A program made the position numbers and the translations under genes. Source: Eledone cirrhosa (taxonomy: Eukaryota). Taken from it: a DNA stretch of 64,000 nt. The notes beneath the pieces are model-generated. The model did not search any database, was not told the origin of the DNA, and saw only the letters and a program-made list of their open reading frames with translations. Numbering within the stretch: position 1 is the first letter of the stretch; each line of letters opens with the position of its first letter. Shown piece after piece: positions 1 to 12,775 of the stretch. The DNA is taken from NCBI GenBank assembly GCA_964016885.1, contig OZ024764.1, forward strand, positions 19,530,001 to 19,594,000, written 5' to 3'.

Positions 1-279
1 CTTTCACACAATAACAGTATTCCCTAACTTCTCCCCTAAAAAATACAAGACAAGCAGGGCCAGACTTTTACCTACTGAAGCCCTAAGCTATATGAAATTA
101 GAGGTTCTTCTCTAAAAATATATAATTATCTTTTATATTAATGTTAATGATAAAGAATAAATAATATAATAAATATACCACCATAGGTGCTGAGGTGGCT
201 AGCTGCTGGTGTGAGCCACATGAGATAGAATGTCTCTTCCAGCACATCTAGAACAACATGACCCTCTAATATCTAAATG

Positions 280-579
280 ATTTTTAATAGTTAAAATATA
301 CACATACGTATATATATATACACACACACACACACATTTTATTAAACAACACCACCAGCTCTCTCTCTCTCTCTTCCATCTGTCTCCTCACTCTCACAAC
401 CACTATCTCTTTCTCTCCCTATATATATCAAGGTACCAGAAAACCCCGTATCTTGGGAACCTGTGCTCCAATTTATACAAAAATTGTTTTATTCTTTTCA
501 AAGTATTTCCCCATTATGCACTGTTTTATCTGTATTAAATTAGACAAGACACAATCACAGAGTTTTAGTAGTATATAGA
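280..579 (-). mobile_element. Non-autonomous Helitron-like element, 3'-truncated (unit 1)
   Basis: 5' end A|TCTATATACTAC on the minus strand at 579; homologous to the complete copies at 43346 and 56395; the hairpin/CTAG end is deleted. Confidence 0.5.
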
Positions 580-707
580 TAATATAGCTTCAAATTAAAG
601 TTAGTAAACGACAGTTTGGAGAAATCTGTAACATTTATTAAACGTTGTTCAAGTTTGTCAATTCTATAGCACAATAGTTTGTTAATTAAAATGTTTAGTT
701 AGATGTT

Positions 708-1078
708 CTACATATAAAGAAGAGAGAATACTTTACCACAAATATTACAGTGGTATAATGATTTTCCCATCTCTTCTGGAAAATATTCCTATGTTGATGT
801 AAATATTTCTATTGTTCATAATTTTATCAAATGTGATCTTTGTCAATATCCAAATACTTTGAAAACTCCTTTGTAAATATCCAAAGTTCAATCAGAATGT
901 AAAATCATCTTGTAAATATTCCAAACAGTGAAAAAGGAATATGTTGTTATTTATCTCAATTCAGAAGAAATATTTCACCATAATTCACCACAGACTAAAC
1001 AAGTTTATATCACTTGTATGTAACATCTTTCTGTTGTCTTTAAAAGACTCTTTTCTGTCAAGGACATGTGATATTCTG
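708..1078 (-). pseudogene. Degenerate ZNF-type terminal exon with half-finger micro-ORF (unit 1)
   Basis: Acceptor TTTCTCTCCTATTTCAG at 1076-1078; sequence resembles the ZNF exon leader at 3780-4110; ORF 770..708 = MGKSLYHCNICGKVFSLLYM*; AATAAA on the minus strand at about 634-639. Confidence 0.65.
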
Positions 1079-1189
1079 AAATAGGAGAGAAACATTATTA
1101 AGATATTTAGAAAATAGAGATACAACAGTGAAAACTTTACTACATCTCTATATTAATAGATATAAACCTTACATGGTGACACAAACACT

Positions 1190-2100
1190 GCAACACTAAC
1201 TTACAGGAAAACATCTAGTTACTTGATCTAGTTACTTCAATCAGGTGAAGAGATAAACTAGATTGACTTCATTCTCATCAGAAAACAGGATAGACAGATG
1301 GTTGGGAATATTAACTCCTTTACTGGAGAAGGACGTACCACTCAACATAGACTAGATACTAGGTTTAATATCTAGAGGGACTGACAGATACAAGACTATC
1401 TGGAGATAGAAGGGTTGGAGAGTAAAAGATCTCCCTGTTAAATATAAGATCTACAGGGATTGTGAGGGAGGTACAAGACAACCTAGAGAAAAGGGTTGGA
1501 GAGTAAAAGATCTCCCTGTTAAATATAAGATCTAGAAATACTGTGAAAGAGATACAAGACAATCTAGAGAAAAGGGTAGGGACAGTAAAAGATCTCCCTG
1601 TTAAATATAAGATCTAGAGGGATACCTAGAGAAAAGGGTAGGGATAGTAAAAGATCTCCCTGTTAAATATAAGATCTAGAGGGACTGTGAGAGAGGTACA
1701 AGACAACCTAGAGAAAAGGGTAGGGATAGTAAAAGATCTCCCTGTTAAATATAAGATCTAGAGGTACTGTGAGAGAGGTACAAGACAACCTAGAGAAAAG
1801 GGTAGAGACAGTAAAAGATCTCCCTGTTAAATATAAGATCTAGAGGAACTATGAGAGAGGTACAAGACAACCTAGAGAAAAGGGTAGGGACAGTAAAAGA
1901 TCTCCCTGTTAAATATAAATTCAGAGATGTTCTACATGATACATATAATAAGGAGGAGGAGATTGATAGCTATGACATAGAAGATATCTGGAAGTTTCTT
2001 TCAGACAGCCTGTTGTGAACCACTGATGAGATCTGTAGTTGATGTAAGCTGCCAGCCAGATGAATGATGCCTTGGTGATGGAATAGTACAGTATATAGAA
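1190..2100 (+). mobile_element. RTE-clade LINE fragment (end of endonuclease) with internal 82-bp minisatellite
   Basis: Decayed translations QSGEE..IDFILIRKQDRQMV..TQHRL and KYKFRDVLHDTY..SYDIEDIWKF match the RTE copy at 5820-6120. Confidence 0.65.
1370..1920. repeat. ~82-bp minisatellite
   Basis: Unit GAGGGACTGTGAGAGAGGTACAAGACAACCTAGAGAAAAGGGTAGGGATAGTAAAAGATCTCCCTGTTAAATATAAGATCTA, about 7 copies. Confidence 0.9.
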
Positions 2101-2718
2101 GCCGACCTTACCCAATTACACCTCTCAAAGGCAATGACACACCACCGTGACCTCTGGCGTCACGCAGTAATACAGAGTACCCGACCTCCCATGGGTACAA
2201 GCTGAAGCATATAGACAATATGCCCCCACCGCAAAAAAGCACCCAGAAGTTAAAATCTAAAAGACCTGAAGAGACAGGAGGGGAACAACAATATCAAATA
2301 GTTAAAATGGAAGCTAGATATTAGGTTTACAAGTTATTGATTTCTGTTGTTATTGTTAAAATCTGTTTAATCTGTGATATTTGAGACAATGTACAGGACA
2401 ATAGAATTAATATCAATGTCTGACTAGCAACAACAAAAGTTTTCATTTTATTGGCAGGTTTAAATTACAGAAGTTCCCAACCTTTACTAAAAATACAAAT
2501 ATATATCTTACCTGTTAAAGTATAATAAATCAAAGTTTAATGTGAAAAACTTTAATTTACACAAAATCTTCAAACCCTGCTTCAAAAATGGAAACCTGGT
2601 GTTTATGATCTCTGTCATAGGTAAAACCTACAAGGGTAACCCCAGTTTAAGCCAGGATGATGGATCTACATATTGGTTGTTGTTGTAGTATGATGTAATG
2701 AGTTTGATATTGACACAG

Positions 2719-3613
<895 letters not shown>

Positions 3614-4537
3614 TCACCTCAATTTCTCACATAATTCACAGTTTTAATATTTTTCTCCTCTCAATATATGGATAGTTTTCTTCTTTATGTTTATAATATT
3701 ATTCTTAAAACATATTCGTCCAGATATATTTTTATCAACTTTGGTCTTTCTTTATATTTAAAGATGATATAGATCTCTTCAAGTTTAATATACATATAAA
3801 ATCATCTTGTACATTTTCCAGACAGTGAAGAATCTAATTTTTCTGGTCTTCATTTGATTAGTTATTCCTGTAATAATGGAAATATTTCTACTCCTGTAGT
3901 TCCATCAACTATCATCTTTGTCAATATATGAAGATCTTACTAAATCATGTGTAAATTTCTTCAGCTTTATTTTGTATCTTCTACATATTCCAGACAGCAA
4001 AGAATAGAAATGTTATTGAGTTTACAAGAAATATTTCACAGTATTTCTCCCCTAGATTTATATAAACAAGGTTGTATCTGTTCTGTATAACAGCTTCCTT
4101 TAGTCTTTAAATAATGGTGTTGATGAAACAACTGATATAAAAGTGTTTTATCCTTTTCATACCAGTCTTTATATTTATCTAAAAACTTTCCATTATAACT
4201 TCATGAAATTGTGCAAAGTTATGTTCCAAATAGCAGCTTAATACTGAGAAATTTAGTTATATTACTAAATCCCTTGAAAGTGTTGAGTGTTTTCAAAATT
4301 ATTTGAAAATGATGGGTAGTGTCTTTCATTAGAAATGATTAATATTGAGGATATGTCTGATGTAACGTGCTCTTTAATGCCAATGTCCTCTGGTATTCTG
4401 AAATAATAAAAGTACATTATAAGATTCTCAGAAACTTGTAATACATCAGTACAAATTTCATATAATATTTCTATATTGATAAATGGACTGTAATAAATAC
4501 TAAGGCCTTCTTTGGTGAAGAATGTGCTGACTAACAT

Positions 4538-5068
4538 AGGTTATTTATTAGTGGCAGTAGATTATACTGACTGATAAAAGTAGTTATTAGTGGCATTAGA
4601 TTATACTGACTGATAAAAGTAGTTATTAGTGACATTAGATTATACTGACTGATAAAAGTAGTTATTAGTGACATTAGATTATACTGACTGATAAAAGTAG
4701 TTATTAGTGACATTAGATTATACTGACTGATAAAAGTAGTTATTAGTGACATTAGATTAAACTGACTGATAAAAGTAGTTATTAGTGACATTAGATTAAA
4801 CTGACTGATAAAAGTAGTTATTAGTGACATTAGATTATACTGACTGATAAAAGTAGTTATTAGTGACATTAGATTAAACTGACTGATAAAAGTAGTTATT
4901 AGTGACATTAGATTATACTGACTGATAAAAGTAGTTATTAGTGACATTAGATTAAACTGACTGATAAAAGTAGTTATTAGTGACATTAGATTAAACTGAC
5001 TGATAAAAGTAGTTATTAGTGACTTTAGATTATACTGACTGATAAAAGTAGTTATTAGTGATATCAGA
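4538..5068. repeat. 39-bp minisatellite (~13-14 units)
   Basis: Tandem GTTATTAGTGACATTAGATTA(T/A)ACTGACTGATAAAAGTA. Confidence 0.95.
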
Positions 5069-5283
5069 TTAACCCTTTAGTATTCACATTACTCTATATT
5101 TACTATTATATTTTCACAGTAAATGCTTTATCTCACATAATATCAAATCTATGAGATTTTAATGTTACTTATTTTGAGAACAATACCTTAACATAAGTAT
5201 AAGTGACCAGTTACGGCCAGTTTGAACAGAAGATGTGGGAGAATTCTGGCCAGATATGGCCAGTTTATATACTAAAGGGTTAA
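5069..5283. mobile_element. piggyBac-like MITE
   Basis: TTAA-CCCTTTAGTAT ... ATACTAAAGGG-TTAA: terminal inverted repeats bounded by TTAA. Confidence 0.7.
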
Positions 5284-5284
5284 A

Positions 5285-7890
5285 GAAATTAGGTGTAGAA
5301 GAATGGCTTGTGAGAAGCTGTCAGTAAAGTGTCTAGTGAGGAATTGAAGGTACAGGTAGGAGTTCATCATGGTTTAGTTCTTAGCCCACTGTTGTTCATC
5401 ATAGTTCTCCAAGCCATAACAGAGAGGTTTAAGACTGGCTGTCTATGGAAACTTCTCTATGTAGATGACCAGCTATAGATATAGAATTTGAAATGGTAAG
5501 TTCTGAGAATATACTTAGCCAAAACTAAAGTGGTAATGGATAGGAGAGAAGACCCTGACCCCTTCAGGAAAGTGGCCCTGCTCCATATGTAGAAAAGGAA
5601 TAAGTAGAGATAACCACAATGACAGAGGACAAAGATCTAGTTATAATAGCAGGGGACTTCAATGGTCATGTTGGACAGCTCCAGGATGGATACACTGGGG
5701 TACATGGTGGTCATGGTTATGGCTCAAGAAATGAAGAAGGAGTGAGGCTTCTTGTATTTTGTGATGCAAGTGAACTAACCATTTGCAACACTTCAAGAAA
5801 CCTACCAACCACCTAATAACCTACCAATCAGGTGAGCACATGAGACAGATTTACTTCTTGCTAGTTAGGGAGTAAGACAGATAGATGGTGTCAAATACTA
5901 AGGCATACCCCAGGGAACAATGTAACCCCCCAACATAGGTTAGTCGTTAGTAACATCTCAGTAAGCAAGAGACAAAGAGAGACATACAAGGTGTGAAAAA
6001 GGAAGGTCTAGAAATTAAAAGACCTTTCACTAAAATATAAATTTAGGCGCGCCCTTCAAGATGTGTATGATGAAAAAGAAGACGTTTTAGCGTCGTATGA
6101 CATAGATGACAACTGGAATTTCTTACGTGACAACTTACTGCAGGTTACTCATAAAACTTGTGGCTGGAGCAGAGCTCCAACCAGACAGAGAGTGAGCTGG
6201 TGGTGGAACAGCACGGTAGATAGAGCCATTAGAGACAAAAGACTAGCATGGAACGTTTGGAAAAATTGTAGGGGTAGGGACCGATACACAGCCACTAAGA
6301 GAGAAGCTAGATGTCAGGTCTACTTAGCACGCAGGGAGGCTGAGAGTAGGAGGTTTGCCAATGTTAAGCGACGGGAAGATCAGAGGCGTGCAGTGTTCCA
6401 CATTGCAAGGCAGTGTGTCAGTGCAAATCAGGATGTTGTTGGAGATAAATGTGTCTGGGATGATGCCGATGTACTTAGTGTCACGAATGATCAGAAAAAG
6501 AAGGCCTGGAAATGTCGGGTCTACCTTCAGTAGACCCGACAGAAGGACCAGCTATTGAGATTGACGACTATAGGGTCCAAGAGGTAATTAAGGAAAGGAA
6601 AAATTGAGGTCTGCTGGACTGTTGGGGATAGTTGCTGAGATGCTGAAGGCATCAGGGGATGTAGGAAGTAAACTGGTTGCATGCATCATTAATCAAGCTA
6701 TATATGGTGGTGTCATACCCAAAGACTGGTGCAGCAGTATTCTCATAAATTGAGGTAAAGGTAAAGGGGATGTTCTGGAGAGGAGTAATTATATGGGCAT
6801 AAAACTGATGGATCAGGTTATGAAAGTGACAGAAAGAATACTAGCGCAACTTAGAGAAAGGGTCAAACAGATGCCCTCTTCTTAGTGAGACAACTACTAG
6901 AGAGGTTCTTAGAGAAGAATAAACCACTATACTTAGCTTTTGTTCACCTAGAAAAGGCCTTTGATAGAGTACCCCAATCTGTCATCTGGTGGTCCCTAAG
7001 GAAACTAGGTGTAGAGGAATAGTTTGTGAGGACAATGCAAGCTATGTACAGAGGTGGTGTCAGTAAAGTGAGGGTAGGAATGGAGTTTAATAAGGAATTC
7101 CAGATACAAGTAGGAGTAAATCAGGGTCGGTCCTCAGCCCGCCCTTGTTCATTATAGGCCTCCAAGCCATAAAAGAGGAGTTTAAGACTGGCTGCCCATG
7201 GGAACTTCTCTAGGCTGACGATGTGGTTCTTATAGCAGAATCAATAGAGGAGCTAGAGCATAAATACTGGCTATGGAAACAGCAGTTGGAAGCAAGAGGA
7301 CTGAGAGTGAACCTAACTAAGACAAAAGTGTTGAGTAGAAAAGAGGACAAATCTCTCATTCCATCAGGGAAATGGCCTTTTTCAATATGTAGAAAAGGAA
7401 CTGGCATAAATTCTATAATGTACACAATGCAGATTTTGGGTACACAAGAAATGTAGTGGGATAGCAGGCAAACTAACAGGTAGGGAAAACTACATATGCA
7501 GTAGAGGTACAGGGAAATTTGACAGTAGAAGTCACATTGATAGACACATTTTTCAAATGCAGATAGGTTCTATAGAAGTGGTTGATAGCTTCCGGTATCT
7601 AGGTGATCAAATTAGCATGGGAGGAGGGTGCTCAGAGGCCATAGTATCTAGAATAAGGACGGGTTGGAAGACGTTTAGGGAGCTGCTTGCTCTGTTGACA
7701 AAGAAGGGTTTCTCCCTAAGAACGAATGGCTGGTGATGCCTGCGTGAGATGTGTGATGCTGCACGGTAGTGAGACATGGACAGTAACTGTGGAGGATATG
7801 CGATGGCTGGAGAGAAATGAAGCAAGTATGCTCCGTTGGATGTGCAATGTCAATGTGCATCAACGACCAAGCATAGATGAGTTGAGAGAG
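5285..7890 (+). mobile_element. Decayed RTE-clade LINE (RT fragment, then endonuclease-RT region)
   Basis: IIAGDFNGHVG, GYGSRNEEG, WWWNSTV, AFVHLEKAFDRVP, ADDVVLIAES, MLHGSETW motifs with many stops and frameshifts. Confidence 0.85.
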
Positions 7891-7899
7891 AATGCACAA

Positions 7900-8310
7900 C
7901 ATGGCCATACCACTGCATGTGTCTCCTGTGAAACACATCCTTGAGGTTGTCGATCAGCAGTTTTTTTAGGAGCTCAGTTGAGCTGACATCATCCTCAATG
8001 GTCACACTACACATCCAGTGGATCATAGCTCTGTCATTTCTTCAGAGTCAATTCAGACAGTCAGATAACATGGCCCAGGTCTCGCTGGCATGAAACAACA
8101 CACTTCTCCCACAGGTGTTATAAATCTGCCCCATGGTGTCTAATGGTAGCCAGCATGTCTTGAGGATTAGGAGAAGCTGCCTAAACTTGTTACCTGTGGA
8201 GTGGCACAGCACAATGGCAGTGAACTTGGCTCCACTTCCAGCTGACATCTCACACAGGTAGCAGAAAGATGTCACCACATCCAGCTTGTCCTCACCAACA
8301 GGCCTCTAGT
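7900..8310 (-). mobile_element. RTE-like LINE 3' fragment
   Basis: VVTSFCYL..KFRQLL..RSVLFHASETW on the minus strand. Confidence 0.6.
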
Positions 8311-8329
8311 TATAAAGGTTATCATTGAC

Positions 8330-8582
8330 CAACACTGACACCCCTCAGGGTAGACTGAACCAACACTTACACCCCCAGGGGTGGACTGAAGCAACACTAA
8401 CACCCCCCAGGGTGGACTGAACCAACACTAACATCCCCCAGGGTGTACTGAACGAACACTAACACCCCCCAGAGTGGACTGAACCAACACTAACACCCCC
8501 AGAGTGGACTGATCCAACACTAACATCCCCCAGGGTGTACTGAACGAACACTAACACCCTCCAGGGTGGACTGAACCAACAT
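8330..8582. repeat. 31-bp tandem repeat (~8 units)
   Basis: AACACTAACACCCCCCAGGGTGGACTGAACC-like units. Confidence 0.85.
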
Positions 8583-8592
8583 TTACCACAGG

Positions 8593-9041
8593 TCTATAAA
8601 TAACTGTATTACCCTATCATGATACTATAACATTATAAACCTAAAACTCTGTGATTGTGTCTTGTCTGTAATGTAATACAGCTAAAATGGGGCATAATGG
8701 GAAAATAGTTTGAAAGGAAGTTGACCCTGAAATGGGAATACAAATGGGATAAAATAAGTTTCACGTAAATCAATGCACAGGTTCCCGAGATATGGGTTTT
8801 TTCTGGTACCTTTATAAATAGAGAGAGAAAGATAATGGGTGTGTGTGAGAGAGATAGCTGGTGATGCTGTTGAACAAAGTTATAAAATTAGAACAAGTGA
8901 CTTGTGTGTGTCTGTGACAGACATTCATATATATATATACTACTAATTTCATTTTAGATTATAGACATGTCTGTGTATATTTTAATTATTTAAAAATTAT
9001 TTTTAAAGGGAACATGACCCAACAGGTCACAGGTGTTCTAG
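8593..9041 (+). mobile_element. Non-autonomous Helitron-like element
   Basis: 5' TC start; 3' hairpin TGACC-CAACA-GGTCA followed by CTAG|T; internal microsatellites. Confidence 0.6.
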
Positions 9042-9119
9042 TAAGATTATAAATACAAACACACATAAGATAGAATCTACTCAAACCTTAATATCTCAGA
9101 ACCCAGTAGATTACTGGAA

Positions 9120-9245
9120 CTTTAATTTATCCACTCCGTTAGAATGAAAGACAAAGTTAACTTTGGTGGGATTTGAACTCATAACATAAAGGGTTGAAAT
9201 CCCGCCGAGGTTAGCTTTGCCCTTCATCTTTACGGGGTTGATTTA
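9120..9245. repeat. Two SINE-like fragments in inverted orientation
   Basis: GAATGAAAGACAAAGTTAACTTTGGTGGGATTTGAAC is the imperfect reverse complement of GTTGAAATCCCGCCGAGGTTAGCTTTGCCCTTCATC; a copy lies at about 48885-48990. Confidence 0.5.
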
Positions 9246-9880
9246 AGATCTTATAATAGTTTCTGATTAAGACACAAGGTCGACAATGTTGGGGGGGGGG
9301 GGAAATAAGTTGATTAAATCAAACACAGTTACTGTGAGATCACTTCTTTGATAGTTTGTTTAAAAATAACTGATTCACAATTTACGTGTGAAAAGTTGAC
9401 AAAGATTTACAGGTGGTGTTATCAATAAATAGGGCCTTCAAAGTAGCAGGAAACGACTAGATTTGTAGATGAAGAGGTGGGAGACAGGATTATTAGAGTT
9501 CAGAAGAGCTACACACTTCTCCAGTTGGCTGGGAAATGATTATCTTTCCTTAATTTTATTTCTCGACCTCTTAGATGTTTGCAATCGACTTTTCTTCCTG
9601 AAAACTGAAACCCTAACCGTAATACTGGGGAATAAAACGTCTATTGCAAGTATCGAAGGGGTCCAGAGAAAATATTGAAAAGGGGCCTAGAAAAAAATCT
9701 AAGAAAAATAATTTCCCACCCAACGTGAGGTGTGAGTAGATCTGTGAAACTACATCTCTTCGTATACTTTCACCCTACTTTTTCTACAAATCTAGTCGTT
9801 TCCGTGAGGGTACCTGGTTATTTCAGCCCCTTAGACTCACCTTACTGAGGTGAGCTTAAATCTACAATATTAATAGACAT

Positions 9881-10020
9881 AATACTTACATTACAGTCTC
9901 AGGTGTTTAGTATTTACAGAAATGTTGTCTAAATGATGTTGTAGGAAGACTAACACGTGGACAGGAAGTCGACAACTGCATCACTGCGCATGCTTCAATG
10001 TTTTTTTTGTGACGTAAAAT
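9881..10020 (-). promoter_or_regulatory. Candidate promoter and first exon of ZNF gene 1
   Basis: TGACGT (10010), NRF1-like TGCGCATGC (9985), ETS CAGGAAGT (9962), E-box CACGTG (9954), minus-strand donor GTAAGT at 9889; block conserved at 34720 and 50691. Confidence 0.6.
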
Positions 10021-10096
10021 ATTTTTACGGAATTAAATGATGTAAAGTTTCTAATAATGAAAATGAAAGTTGAAATCAGTAAATGTAATTAAAATA

Positions 10097-10330
10097 GAAC
10101 AGCTAAGTACTCTTACAGAGATCACCGGGTACTTCGGTAAGATCGGGTCATATGGGGGCTAAGTTGCCAGAACAACTAAGTACCCTGACAGAGATCACCG
10201 GGTATCTCGGTAAGATCGGGGTCATATGGAGGCTAAGCTACCAGAACAGCTAAGTACCTTGACTGAGATCACCGGGTATCTCGGTAAAATCATGTCATGT
10301 GGAGGCTAAACCGCCAGAACAGCTAAGTAC
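10097..10330. repeat. 73-bp tandem repeat (~3 units)
   Basis: AGCTAAGTAC-like anchors at 10101, 10174, 10248, 10321; related copies at about 39019-39090 and 51174-51352. Confidence 0.85.
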
Positions 10331-10357
10331 TATAGCGAAGATACTGGGTTGTATGAA

Positions 10358-10660
10358 TGTAACAAAACGAGACATGGTTTGTGTATATAATATTTAATTA
10401 ACGGTAGATAGAATACTTGACATGTCAAAGATAGATGTTAGAATGAAACAAAGTTAGTAGTTACCGTTTTGATTGCCAGGCAAACGCGGCTGGCAGAGGA
10501 CGCCTGGCTAAAGCCAGGGCGCCGGAAGGGCAATGAGAGAAAGGAAGCTTAAAGTTGTTAGTTTTATAGGGCTCTGACCGGAAGTCGCAGAAAGGGTTCC
10601 ACCTCCCGTCTAGATCCCAATCAAAACAAGGGAGACAACCGCTACATAACCTCCCGCCAG
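10358..10660 (-). mobile_element. Gypsy-type 3' LTR with PPT, minus strand
   Basis: Minus strand reads CTGGCGGGAGGTTA|TGTAGCGG ... GTTACA (10646 to 10358), with TATAAAA; resembles the PPT/LTR at 12341-12673. Confidence 0.55.
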
Positions 10661-10774
10661 AATTTTAGTGTATAAAAATCGAAATGAAAATATGTAGCAA
10701 GTTGGCGAGAATGTTGTAACAGGCATGAAAATTACGACAAAAGAATGTTTGGAAAAATCAATGATAGATATCAA

Positions 10775-11546
10775 GGTACCAACTACACTCACCACAGACC
10801 GCGGTAGACAATTCGAGTCCCATCTCTTCTCAGAGCTCACAAAAATAATTGGAGCTCAACGGATTCGGACCACAGCCTATCATCCTGCTTCAAATGGAAT
10901 GGTGGAACGATTCCACCGCCAATTAAAGGCCGCTCTTCGCGCCTATCCAGACTCTCAACGTTGGAGCGAGTACCTTCCTATTGTGTTATTAGGAATTCGG
11001 TCATCAATAAAGGAGGACCTTGGGTTCTCGCCGGCCGAATTAATTTACGGTGCTCCTCTAGCGTTGCCTGGGCAAATGCTTGCCCCTGTTGATCTTGCTT
11101 TCCAAGATCCGCTTTCCTACGTATCCCGTCTGCGTTCTTATTTACAGGACCTGCCGCCGATGGATACGAGGAAGCAAACTGTAAAACATGCGGTCCCGAG
11201 GGACATTGCCTCGTGGACCCATGTGTTCGTAAGGAACGATGCTGTGAGACCACCCCTCACACAACCATACTCTGGACCCTACCGTGTGTTAGCACGCACT
11301 GACAAACATTTCACTGTAGACGTTAAGGGGTCCAGAGAGACAATTTCGGTGGATAGACTGAAAAGGGCACACAATGACGCTCATACACCCGAGCCACAAA
11401 TACCCCAATCTTTCACCATTGTGCATACACCTGCTCCTTCTGCCCCACCATCACCTACATACAAGACTACGACCCGTTCCGGTCGGAGAGTCCACTGGCC
11501 CAAAAAGTTCTGCCAAACTATTTTTATATGAACTGGCCATTGGAGC

Positions 11547-11591
<45 letters not shown>

Positions 11592-12673
11592 TTTTTTTTT
11601 TTTTTTTGTTTTTGCTGTTCTGATTTATTTGATTTATTGTATTGCAATGTACCTCTCATGACCATTTCACTGGATGTATATATATGTTTTTCGTTTCCTT
11701 TACAATGAACATTTTAAGCTATATTCTTCTCTTTGCCGGTTTATAAGTTTGCAATGTAAATTTACCGTTTATAACCGCGCATTTAGTAAGAATGCTTATT
11801 TCTCTGGTCGCTGGCCTCTGGACCCTTCCAGGTCAACGCATTCTCAACATCAACCATCAACTTCGGCTGCTATTTCTAGCACTTTGCGCAACTCATTTTT
11901 TCTGAAAAATTTTTTGTTTACTGTGAATTTAAACACCGAATACGCTCACTCAGCAGCAACACCAACAGCAGCAGCAACAGCAATATAACAGCAACAGCAA
12001 TACAGCAGCAGCAGCAACAGCAACAGCAATACAGCAACTCAGCTTCACCAACAACCAAAGCCAGAGAATTTATTTTTGCAGCACTCTTCCTGTGAGAAAA
12101 TCCATTTAGATGTTGTAAATTTCACGATATACCACAGAACAGAAACCACCTGCATTCATTCTCTGGAACACACTTTCTTTCCTGCTGTCATGTGATTGCA
12201 CACCTGTGAACTATATTTTGTACATTTGAACTTTTGACCTCTTTTCTTACTTCCATTACTCTGTACCATACTTTTCATGCCTCTTACATGCTCGCCATCT
12301 TACTCCATGCATGCTTCTTTCGATTTTTTATGTTTTAAAAATCTGGCGGGGGATACTGTAGTAAGAGTTGCCTCCCCTGCCACGACAACCGAATCGCTGT
12401 TCTCTAGACAGGAAGTAGGTGGAGTTGCTTCCCTTTGGGATTGACCAAACTCCCTAGTGGGCACTTCCGGTCAACAGAGATAAAAGGAGCGATTAACCGC
12501 GAAATCTCTCTCTCGCCTCCTGATTCCTGAAGTGGTAACATCTTCGACCATAGCTGGTGATTCTTTCTGGACGATCCTTTCGTTACCAGCACAATGCAGC
12601 TCACCAGCCTGAGATGAGAGCGCCAAGACATTTTCTACCAACTTCACAATGGTATTATTGCCATCGGGTAACA
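10775..12673 (+). mobile_element. 5'-truncated Ty3/gypsy element: integrase C-terminal half, 3' non-coding region, PPT, 3' LTR
   Basis: [28 protein letters not shown] and GPY motifs (ORF ends 11531); PPT CTGGCGGGGGA then TGTAG (12357) ... TAACA (12673); related to the element at 28392. Confidence 0.8.
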
Positions 12674-12775
12674 ACCCTTTACCTTATACACCTTTGACTA
12701 CTATGAAGTAAAACTTTATCACACACACCAGTACTCTTTGTCTTTTATATTATGTTGCATGTTTTTGTTTTTGAA

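Noticed and set aside
4265-4537. Conserved 90-aa ORF in three units (also 22597, 60178)
   Set aside because: It spans the predicted intron acceptor, has no recognisable domain and is destroyed in unit 3; similarity reflects recent duplication.
4538-5068. CRISPR-like array (also the 48-, 62-, 73- and 82-bp repeats)
   Set aside because: Head-to-tail repeats with no unique spacers, no cas genes and a eukaryotic context.
11950-12055. Poly-Q/A coding tract (CAG/CAA)
   Set aside because: Lies in the 3' non-coding region of a gypsy remnant, is interrupted by stops and has no domain.
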